64,000 nucleotides of DNA, taken from Coprothermobacterota bacterium (GTDB lineage Bacteria; Coprothermobacterota; Coprothermobacteria; Coprothermobacterales; Coprothermobacteraceae). The notes under the pieces are model-generated. The model was not told the origin of the DNA, ran no database searches, and was given only the letters and a program-made list of their open reading frames with translations. Shown here in pieces: positions 48,009-55,884 of the stretch; the stretch's first letter is position 1; every line of letters begins with the position of its first letter. The stretch lies in the NCBI GenBank assembly GCA_036679065.1, contig JAZIGN010000004.1, forward strand, positions 96,001-160,000. Direction: 5' to 3'. The translations under genes were made by a program, and so were the position numbers.

Positions 48009-49171
48009 AACTAGGTATTCATTTCTTCGGCTGCAAGGTCAACCAGTATGACGCTGCACGTTGGATTATTGGCCTCGGTGAAAATCACACATCTAACTTA
48101 AGTGATGCCGATATCATTGTCCTGTTTAGCTGTGTTGTAACACACAAAGCAGAAGCCGAAGTGAGACGCTTTGTTCAAAAATGGAGAGCAGCGGGTAAAA
48201 GAATCATCCTAACGGGCTGTGGCACGAACATAACTCTTACGGACTTGGCAGATGAGGGTGTTACATTGGTGCCAATACAAGAGCTGGACAACTTTATGAA
48301 GCAGCTAGGGAATTTCTATGCACCAAGTGTGATACCCTTTTACCCGGACCGTAGCCGTGGTTTTGTCAAAGTAGAAGATGGCTGCAGTTGGCGTTGTGCT
48401 TACTGTGTGAGCGCCTTGGAAAGGGGAGAAGTTCGTAGCAGACCTTTGGATGAAATATTGCGTGAGATATGTTTGATGTCCCAGAGAGGTATCTCCGAGG
48501 TAGTTATTACGGGCACTAACCTGATGTTGTGGAGAGAAGGGCAGAGCAACTACCTAGACCTTATCGAGTCAGTATCGAGGGAGGCAGCCCGAGAAAATAT
48601 GAGGGTCAGGCTATCTTCAGTATACCCAGAAATGGTTAACAGGAGAATGATTGAGCTCTTTTCCTTGTATCCGTTAGCCAGACACCTTCATATTTCTCTG
48701 CAGAGTGCTTCCGACAGAGTTCTCAAGACCATGAACAGAGCCCCTCTGCGAAATCTCGCTGAAATGCTTGCTTGGCTTAAGAATCTCGATGGTGGTTTTG
48801 CTTTCACAGCTGATATCATTGTGGGATACCCCACAGAAACTGAACAGGATTTCCTCATGACCATGAGTTTACTCTCGGAACTGCGCTTTTCAAAAGTTCA
48901 CGTATTTCCTTTTTCAGTCAGACCTAATACTGCAGCTTCGCGTATGAGACCACTGCAAAGCCCTTTAGTCAAGAGACGCGCTGCCGCACTTAATGAACTG
49001 AGCGAGACGCTCAAAGACCGTTTTATCGAATCTCAGAAGGGAAGCTACAGGCCTGCGGTGTTCTTAAGAAGCGAGGGTCTAGCACTTACGGATAATTACA
49101 TTTATGTTCCAAGTCAACCTTTCTCGGGCATTAAACGTGTACCCATTGTGGAGGGCAGCTACATTATATAG
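48005..49171 (+). CDS. mtaB: tRNA methylthiotransferase MtaB (radical SAM; TRAM domain reduced)
   Basis: GCKVNQYD, SCVVT, TGC, CSWRCAYC, HISLQS, DIIVGYP.ET, HVFPFS.RP.T.A. Confidence 0.9.
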   Translation: MKLGIHFFGCKVNQYDAARWIIGLGENHTSNLSDADIIVLFSCVVTHKAEAEVRRFVQKWRAAGKRIILTGCGTNITLTDLADEGVTLVPIQELDNFMKQLGNFYAPSVIPFYPDRSRGFVKVEDGCSWRCAYCVSALERGEVRSRPLDEILREICLMSQRGISEVVITGTNLMLWREGQSNYLDLIESVSREAARENMRVRLSSVYPEMVNRRMIELFSLYPLARHLHISLQSASDRVLKTMNRAPLRNLAEMLAWLKNLDGGFAFTADIIVGYPTETEQDFLMTMSLLSELRFSKVHVFPFSVRPNTAASRMRPLQSPLVKRRAAALNELSETLKDRFIESQKGSYRPAVFLRSEGLALTDNYIYVPSQPFSGIKRVPIVEGSYII

Positions 49172-49818
49172 CCAGTTACAAAGACGTCTTCTATACCTGT
49201 TTCAAAGAAATCTCTCGCAGACCCTAGAAAAACAACATTTCCATCACGTAGTCCGATTACAAACTTGCCGAAGCTCGACAGGAAGGACAAGTCATGCGAA
49301 GAAATCACAAAGTGTTTCTCTGGGTGCCTGGACAAGCTTTCGATGAGATCTTTTCTCGCCTCAGGATCCAAAAAGCTTGTGGGCTCATCCATCAACACGT
49401 AAGGTGTATCTTGAAGGAGTATTCTTGCTATGAACGTGCGTTGAAGCCAGCCAGAAGAAAGTGTGCCCATCTTGCGTCCCAACCATTTCTTAAGCTCCAG
49501 CTCGTCAGCAATAATTTCAAGTTGTTTTTTGTTACCAGAAAGCATCAGATAGTTCCTGACGGTAAAGTTGGGGTCATATGTAGGCCTTGCAGGCATGTAT
49601 GCGAAGTACGTGGGTTTCGCTTCGCGGAGAGTACCGTGCCACAATACTTTGACAGGCGGCGATACTTTCAAGAAACCGCCCAAGATTTTCAACAGGGTAG
49701 TTTTCCCCGAACCATTTGGCCCTATGAGGAATGTGGGAAAAGTATCAATGGTCATGTTAGGTAAGATCAAACTGAAGTGCGCATTGTAGGAAAAATGTGT
49801 TTCAGGAACTGTAATCAC
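49159..49818 (-). CDS. ABC ATPase of an iron-siderophore/cobalamin-type importer
   Basis: GPNGSGKTT, LSSGW (degenerate signature), MDEPT..LD, SSHD; GTG at 49818 after GGAG. Confidence 0.85.
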   Translation of the reverse strand: MITVPETHFSYNAHFSLILPNMTIDTFPTFLIGPNGSGKTTLLKILGGFLKVSPPVKVLWHGTLREAKPTYFAYMPARPTYDPNFTVRNYLMLSGNKKQLEIIADELELKKWLGRKMGTLSSGWLQRTFIARILLQDTPYVLMDEPTSFLDPEARKDLIESLSRHPEKHFVISSHDLSFLSSFGKFVIGLRDGNVVFLGSARDFFETGIEDVFVTGYIM

Positions 49819-50749
49819 GTGACATACTCCAGAAGAAATATAAATAGAACACCGCACCAGCAAAACTGACCACAAGACCTGTGGGAATTTCGATGCCGGA
49901 GAGCGATGCCCTTGCAATCACATCAGAAACAGCCATGAGAAGTGCTCCAATTATGCCTGAAAACATGAACATTTTTAGATGGCCTCCCGACACTATGCGG
50001 CGAGCCATGTTAGGCGCGGCAACTCCAACAAAACTAAATACACCAAAAATAGATGAGACTAGGCTACCGGCTAGTGCGGAAACCGTAATGAGTGAGAACA
50101 CTTCTCTTTGGTAATTCACGCCCAAGCTCATGGCTTCTTCTTTCGACAAGGTCAGAATGTCTAGTTGTTTGCTACGGGACACTAAGACGAAGCAAAGCAG
50201 TAAAGAGATGACCATGATGATCAGTTCGCCTGAGCTTACAGTTCTGATATGCCCCAGAGTCCATGACAAGACGCTAGCCGCAGATGTGTAAAGGTAGAGG
50301 GAAATCAATGAAATGGCACTGGAAAGAACGGAGTTAACTACAACTCCCGCTACTACAAGCCTAAGGATGTCGGTTCCGCCCAAACTTCCTAACGTAAATG
50401 TGCTAACTAAAGCTACCATGCTTCCGGCCAGTGCAAACAACTGGCTTGGCCCGGTTTTCAAGAACATAGAGAGCACCTTGCCAAGTACGGCACCGGAGTT
50501 TACCCCCAGTAGTCCGCTGTCAACCAAGTAGTTGCGTGTCACTGTTTGCAGTGCCAAAGCAGTACATGACAATACCACACCAACTATAGAAGCCGTAACA
50601 AACCTATTCAAACGGTAATGTAAAAGAGTAAGTTCATCCGGAGTCGGCGATATCAGGTTTACTCTAACTTGTCCCCATGACAACGATATGAAAAAGGTTG
50701 CCACATAAAGTACTAGCAGCAAAGCCAAGACACTTCTTTCGTCCTTCAC
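49802..50749 (-). CDS. FecCD/BtuC family permease
   Basis: RL.R, LQ..TRN.L.D..LLGV.SGA, EA.SLGV, FVG..AP..AR, D..AR, EIP.G. Confidence 0.92.
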   Translation of the reverse strand: MKDERSVLALLLVLYVATFFISLSWGQVRVNLISPTPDELTLLHYRLNRFVTASIVGVVLSCTALALQTVTRNYLVDSGLLGVNSGAVLGKVLSMFLKTGPSQLFALAGSMVALVSTFTLGSLGGTDILRLVVAGVVVNSVLSSAISLISLYLYTSAASVLSWTLGHIRTVSSGELIIMVISLLLCFVLVSRSKQLDILTLSKEEAMSLGVNYQREVFSLITVSALAGSLVSSIFGVFSFVGVAAPNMARRIVSGGHLKMFMFSGIIGALLMAVSDVIARASLSGIEIPTGLVVSFAGAVFYLYFFWSMSRDYSS

Positions 50750-50819
50750 AGTACCATTATATAGTAGGGTTAAACTATGGTAAAATGGTTACAAGTAAAG
50801 GCGGTGCCGAAAGGTAGAA

Positions 50820-51149
50820 ATGGAATGCGTTTTTTGCAACATTGTTCAGGGAAAGAGTCCTGCCACGATAGAGTGGGAGGATGAAAACGTTATTGCTATA
50901 AGGGATATCAATCCCCAAGCGCCAACGCATTTGTTAATTATCCCAAAAGAACATTTCCCCAGCATTGACGCAACTCCTAGCGATACCATGCTAACGGTTT
51001 TGGAGACAGCTAAAGCATTAGCTGCAAGAGAAGGCCTTACAAATGGATACAGAATTGTAATAAACAATGGTCCCGATGGTGGTCAAACTGTTTATCACGT
51101 TCATGTTCATCTACTGGGAGGAAGGCCCTTTGGTTGGCCTCCAGGATAA
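50820..51149 (+). CDS. Histidine triad (HIT) nucleotide-binding protein
   Basis: CVFC, DINPQAP.H.LIIPK.H, GQTVYHVHVHLLGGR..WPPG. Confidence 0.96.
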   Translation: MECVFCNIVQGKSPATIEWEDENVIAIRDINPQAPTHLLIIPKEHFPSIDATPSDTMLTVLETAKALAAREGLTNGYRIVINNGPDGGQTVYHVHVHLLGGRPFGWPPG

Positions 51150-51176
51150 GGCAGATACTGAAAGGAGGGGAGCGCA

Positions 51177-51323
51177 ATGGCCGAAGTAAAAAAGCGAGAA
51201 AATGAGTCTTTGGATGACATGCTGCGACGGTTTCGTAAAGAAGTAGAAAAGGATAAGATATTGGAGGACTTCAGGAAACACGAGATTTACACGCCAAAGA
51301 CAAAAAAGAAAAAGAAGAAATAA
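51177..51323 (+). CDS. rpsU: 30S ribosomal protein S21 (48 aa; absent from ORF track)
   Basis: MAEVKKRENESLDDMLRRFRKEVEKDKILEDFRKHEIYTPKTKKKKKK; SD AAAGGAGG; usual HIT-rpsU order. Confidence 0.92.
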   Translation: MAEVKKRENESLDDMLRRFRKEVEKDKILEDFRKHEIYTPKTKKKKKK

Positions 51324-51349
51324 AGAGAGGGGATCATCCCCTCTCTTTT
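51322..51349 (+). terminator. Intrinsic terminator after rpsU
   Basis: AAAGAGAGGGGA-tca-TCCCCTCTCTTT(T) perfect hairpin with T tract. Confidence 0.85.
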
Positions 51350-51358
51350 CAATTTGCC

Positions 51359-52135
51359 ATGGATACGTATTTGCAGAACATAGAAAACCTTGTTAAGCGT
51401 TTGGTTCTGCGTCCCTCACGTGCAGAACAATTTCTTTCTTTGGTCAAAGATAAGACTTATCGTTGCGTTCTCGAAGAAAACATCGAGCTGAGTAGTAAGT
51501 TTCAGCTACCTATTTGTCAGGATACAGGGGTAATAACGCTTGTAGTGGGGCATGATTCATTGACCAAAGATGAGCTGTGGGAGATAAAAACAAGTTTTGA
51601 AAAGAGCTTTAACGAGATTGCGCGGCCTTCAATGCTTTCTTCAGCTTTCTTTGGGCAGCAACCGTTAGGGAGAAATCAGATATGCTTTCTTGAGGAAGTT
51701 CGTGACAAAAATGGGTTGGGCGCTATTATTTCAGGGGCAGGTACTGAGACGCATTGTTTTCTCAAGGTGTATCCTGGCACAGCTGCTTGGGGAACAGTGG
51801 TTAGCGAACTGCAAGATTGGTGTTCAAAAAGAGCTTCTTTGGCTTGTCCGCCAGTTCATTTTGGTGTTGCCATAGGTGGCACGGCAACAGAAGCTGTAAA
51901 GCAGTCAAAACTGAGTTTCCTTTTCGGAAACAATTTCCCAAAGTGCTACCAGGTCCCGTATGAAGAACTTGCTCATGCACTCAAAACGATCAGAGTCGAT
52001 CCGCTAGGGAAAGATGGCAGCTGGGTTGGGGATGTTTTCCTGCGAGTGCTTCCTACTCATATGTCGGCAGTGCCTGTGAGCATGAGTTTTATGTGTTGGC
52101 CATACAGAGCGGAGTGGATTGATCTTGGTACTTAA
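51359..52135 (+). CDS. Fe-S hydro-lyase alpha subunit (class I fumarase/tartrate dehydratase family), divergent
   Basis: PICQDTG, ACPP..GVAIGGT, PTH, CW..R. Confidence 0.85.
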   Translation: MDTYLQNIENLVKRLVLRPSRAEQFLSLVKDKTYRCVLEENIELSSKFQLPICQDTGVITLVVGHDSLTKDELWEIKTSFEKSFNEIARPSMLSSAFFGQQPLGRNQICFLEEVRDKNGLGAIISGAGTETHCFLKVYPGTAAWGTVVSELQDWCSKRASLACPPVHFGVAIGGTATEAVKQSKLSFLFGNNFPKCYQVPYEELAHALKTIRVDPLGKDGSWVGDVFLRVLPTHMSAVPVSMSFMCWPYRAEWIDLGT

Positions 52136-52592
52136 AGAGAGACAGTGGTACAGGTATACAGGGGTAATCGGTATAAGCCGAGATAGGGGCCTACAAACAA
52201 TCTGCAGAGAGGGGCAGAAGCTTCCGTCTGTAGTTTTTTTGGCAGGTCCGACACTTATGCCCGTGGAAGAAGCGCCCTTGGGATCATGTGGGCCTACAAG
52301 TGTCAGCAGGATGTTAGCATTTTTGGAAACGATGAAACAGTTGGGAACTCACCTAGTCATAGCAAAAGGCATTAATAGTGAAGTACTAAGGGCTTTCAGT
52401 CAGTTTAATCTTGCTTACGGCATCGCTGTCGGTGGTGCTGGTGCGTTCTATGGTACTAGAATAAAGCAAGTTGTCAACACGAAGTATGAATGTCTTGGGG
52501 CAGAAGGATTCTTCCTCGTGATGGTGGAAGAACTTCCATTTTATGTTAGTGTGGGTGGTGATGTAGATGGACATTTTGAGCCGATACCATGA
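52119..52592 (+). CDS. Fe-S hydro-lyase beta subunit, divergent
   Basis: RD, AGP, GPTS..RM, AKG, GGAGA, LG.E, P. Confidence 0.8.
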   Translation: MILVLKERQWYRYTGVIGISRDRGLQTICREGQKLPSVVFLAGPTLMPVEEAPLGSCGPTSVSRMLAFLETMKQLGTHLVIAKGINSEVLRAFSQFNLAYGIAVGGAGAFYGTRIKQVVNTKYECLGAEGFFLVMVEELPFYVSVGGDVDGHFEPIP

Positions 52593-53865
52593 TACAACCG
52601 TGGAACATATTTGGAGTGAAGACAACAGATATTCTCTGTTTTATGATGTGGAACTGGCTTATGTAAAAGCCGAAGCGGTGCTTGGAAAAATACCTTCGTC
52701 CATACCAACGTATTTGGAAAACAATAGACCATGTTTTAGTGCTGAGGAGATAAAGGCTGAAGAAAAGACCACTCGGCATGAAGTAGTCGCGTTCATAAAC
52801 GTGGTAAGCCGCAAACTGGAGAAGTACACTGAATACTTCCACAGAGGACTTACTTCTTCTGATATTATGGACACCGTTTTTTCTCTCCAGATTAAGCAGT
52901 CCTTGAATTATGTAAATGCTCTCACTGCTGAGACTATAAAGCTGTTGGCAGAAAAAGCAGAGGAATTCAAGTATGCACCCTGTGCTGGCAGGACCCACGG
53001 CGTACACGCCGAACCTTATTTTTTCGGACTCCGTTTTCTAAACGCAGCTGTTGCTTTAAAGAGGTCATTGAATAGTCTAAGTTCTCTTGAGAAGAACATG
53101 CCCGGTAAACTTTCAGGTGCTTTGGGCATTTACACTAATCTGGACCCAGTCATTGAGTTGGAGTTTTTAAAGATCCTCGGTCTTGCCTGCCTGCCGGTTA
53201 CCACCCAAATAGTACCTCGTGACGTTTATGCCCCTGTCTTGTTCTACTTGGCATTGGAAGCAAGCATTCTAGACAAGCTAGCACAGGACATGCGAATACT
53301 TCAAATTACGGAAATAGGAGAGGCGCAGGAAGAGTTCGCTCCTGGTCAAGCAGGCTCATCTGCCATGCCACATAAGAGAAACCCCGTACGCTGGGAGCGT
53401 ATTTCCGGTTTGAGCCGTGTAGTACGTTCTCAAGTTACGGTTGTTCTGGAAAATGTACCGCTTTGGTTCGAGAGGGACATTTCTCATTCAAGCACTGAAA
53501 GGGTTGTGTACCCGTTGTGTTTTAATTTGATCGCTTTCATGCTAAAAGAGACTCAGTCCCTTCTCAAACACAGTACTTTTAACCGTTCAAGAATGCTGAA
53601 GAACATGTCTGACTCGAGAAACCTGCTTTATTCATCTAGGGCGCTGTCTGTGATTCAAGAAAAGATTGGTAGGGAGCCCGCATACAAACGTGTTCAGGAT
53701 TTATCTAGGCAAGTTTTGGAAGGGGAGTTTGAAGATTTCATTGAGGCTCTTCGCACGTCAGGCTTGCTATCTGATGAAGAATTGAGGAGCATAACCGATT
53801 TATCTGATCTCTACGGCAAAGTGGATCTGGTATACGAAAGAGTAGCGGCATTCTTGAACGATTGA
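52567..53865 (+). CDS. purB: Adenylosuccinate lyase
   Basis: RY, TRHEVVAF, H.GLTSSD..DT, GRTHGVHAEP, GSSAMPHKRNP, ERDISHSS.ER. Confidence 0.96.
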   Translation: MDILSRYHDTTVEHIWSEDNRYSLFYDVELAYVKAEAVLGKIPSSIPTYLENNRPCFSAEEIKAEEKTTRHEVVAFINVVSRKLEKYTEYFHRGLTSSDIMDTVFSLQIKQSLNYVNALTAETIKLLAEKAEEFKYAPCAGRTHGVHAEPYFFGLRFLNAAVALKRSLNSLSSLEKNMPGKLSGALGIYTNLDPVIELEFLKILGLACLPVTTQIVPRDVYAPVLFYLALEASILDKLAQDMRILQITEIGEAQEEFAPGQAGSSAMPHKRNPVRWERISGLSRVVRSQVTVVLENVPLWFERDISHSSTERVVYPLCFNLIAFMLKETQSLLKHSTFNRSRMLKNMSDSRNLLYSSRALSVIQEKIGREPAYKRVQDLSRQVLEGEFEDFIEALRTSGLLSDEELRSITDLSDLYGKVDLVYERVAAFLND

Positions 53866-53881
53866 GACCTGCAGAGCACCT

Positions 53882-55804
53882 TTAGTGTTTAAGGACTTTT
53901 CTACCTCTGGCACCTTCTAATGGACCCACATAGCCCTGTTCTTCTAATGCGTCCAAAATTCGAGCAGCCCTGTTGTAACCAATCTTAAATCGACGCTGTA
54001 TCAGAGAAGTAGAGACTCTATCCATGTTTTTTATCATGTTAATCACGTCGTTCATTAGTGGATCAGAACTGTCAAAGCTGCCCGTTACGGACTCCATGGT
54101 GGGAATATCACGTAGCTGAGTTTCCAGTGATTGTGATTTCCAGTAGTCCACCACACGCATGATTTCCACGTCAGAAATGAAAGGAGCCTGTCCTCTTATG
54201 GGTTTCATCACGGCAGGATTTGAATACAGGAAGTCACCAGCACCAATCAGCCGTTCTGCTCCAGTAACGTCCAGGATTACTCGGGAATCCACCTGGCTGC
54301 TCACAGCAAAAGCAATACGGTGGGGAATATTCGCCTTTATCAGCCCCGTTATGACATCCACAGAAGGCCTTTGAGTAGCCATGATGAGGTGAATACCTGC
54401 TGCCCTTGCCTTGGAAGCCAGCACCGCAACTACTTGTTCCATCTCAGAGGGTGCTGTGAGCATGATGTCAGCTAATTCATCAACCACGAAAATTATGATA
54501 GGTATTTTTTCCTCTGGGTGCGCTTTGTTGTAATCAACAATGCTTCTGGACTTTGATTGTGCAAGTATTTGATACCTTTCCTCCATCTCAGCAGCTAATT
54601 CCTTTAGAACAATGAGAACCTGTTGAGGATTGTTGATAACAGGATACAAAAGATGAGGAAGCCCTTGATAGAAAGAGAATTCCACGTGCTTTGGGTCAGC
54701 CAAGACCAGACGGACGTCTTCAGGGCTAAAATTCATCAAAAACGAGACAATGAAACTTTGCAAAGCCACACTTTTCCCGGCTCCTGTGGCTCCTGCTACC
54801 AGTAAGTGAGGCATCTTTGTCAAATCTTCAATGATGGGTTTCCCATCCACAGTCAGCCCAATGGGGAGTGGTATGTTAGCATACTTGTCGCCCATGGCTC
54901 CGATTAGATTGGAGAGTCTTACGATTTGCCTCTTCGGATTGGGTACCTCGATTGCTACCGTATTGGGTTTGCCAGCAACAGGGGCGTCAATACGTAGTTC
55001 AGGTATGCCTAACCGTACCGCGAAATCTTGGCTTCTCGCTGTGACTGTGGAAACACGAGTCCCTGCTAGAAGTTCGATCTCCAACCTTACTACGTGAGGG
55101 CCTGTTACGAAGTTAACAACCTTTCCTCCTATGCTAAAAGTGTCCAAAACCTCTTGGACTTTCTTTGCCAGGGTCTGTGTCTCTGTTGTGGCACCAAATG
55201 ATAGTTTTGTGGGGGCTTCTAGAAGACTAACAGGGGGTAAGAAAGTACGTCCCTTAAATCTTCTTCTGACTTCACCTGTAACTTGATCAGACGTCGTGTG
55301 CAAACTTGGAACTCTTTCATCTCTTGGTTCGGACGTTGATTTTGCAGAGGACTTAGAGTCCTTCACTTTGGTCTTTTCCCTTTTAACATCTATGATCACT
55401 GGAACCTGTGGACTCTTGTTTGTTTCGAAAACTTCCGTTGGGGGGAATGGCGTTTGTATGTTGGGTTGAGGTATACGTTTTACTGATACAACTCCCATGA
55501 TGATGAGCAGTACGGCACCAGCCAGTATGAGGCTTACCAACCAAGCAGGCAATCCCATTATTGTGAAGAGTTCCTGCCACACCACTACAGATTGCAACAA
55601 AATCTTTCCAACAAAATAGAAAACCACACTAAAGAAAACAAGAATACTGGGGACCACTATTAGTGCTACGAAGAGTTTTCTACTGTTGTTTTTCTTTTTC
55701 CGCTTTTGAAGGCTGCTTGTACTCTTCGATTTTACGGGTCTTTTCCCCTGATTATTTACCAGCGGCTTTTTCTTGCTGTTAGTCTTAGCTTTACCTCGTG
55801 CCAT
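53882..55804 (-). CDS. ftsK: DNA translocase FtsK/SpoIIIE
   Basis: IEVPN, MPHLLVAGATGAGKS, DELAD, RAAGIHL..ATQRPSVDVITG, gamma domain S.IQR.F.IGYNRAAR. Confidence 0.96.
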   Translation of the reverse strand: MARGKAKTNSKKKPLVNNQGKRPVKSKSTSSLQKRKKKNNSRKLFVALIVVPSILVFFSVVFYFVGKILLQSVVVWQELFTIMGLPAWLVSLILAGAVLLIIMGVVSVKRIPQPNIQTPFPPTEVFETNKSPQVPVIIDVKREKTKVKDSKSSAKSTSEPRDERVPSLHTTSDQVTGEVRRRFKGRTFLPPVSLLEAPTKLSFGATTETQTLAKKVQEVLDTFSIGGKVVNFVTGPHVVRLEIELLAGTRVSTVTARSQDFAVRLGIPELRIDAPVAGKPNTVAIEVPNPKRQIVRLSNLIGAMGDKYANIPLPIGLTVDGKPIIEDLTKMPHLLVAGATGAGKSVALQSFIVSFLMNFSPEDVRLVLADPKHVEFSFYQGLPHLLYPVINNPQQVLIVLKELAAEMEERYQILAQSKSRSIVDYNKAHPEEKIPIIIFVVDELADIMLTAPSEMEQVVAVLASKARAAGIHLIMATQRPSVDVITGLIKANIPHRIAFAVSSQVDSRVILDVTGAERLIGAGDFLYSNPAVMKPIRGQAPFISDVEIMRVVDYWKSQSLETQLRDIPTMESVTGSFDSSDPLMNDVINMIKNMDRVSTSLIQRRFKIGYNRAARILDALEEQGYVGPLEGARGRKVLKH

Positions 55805-55810
55805 GTCGCT

Positions 55811-55840
55811 ATTTTAACCCATTTTTGACATATTAATCAA
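55811..55840 (-). promoter_or_regulatory. Putative leaderless promoter of ftsK
   Basis: Minus strand TTGATT-18 nt-TAAAAT-6 nt-ATG; no SD. Confidence 0.7.
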
Positions 55841-55884
55841 ATAAACAGAGCTCTTTGACTTATAATACCCTTGAGGTGATCAAG

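Noticed and set aside
55825..55866. TTGACA and TATAAT as a single pyk promoter
   Set aside because: The 30-nt spacing is too long; only the -10 box is plausible
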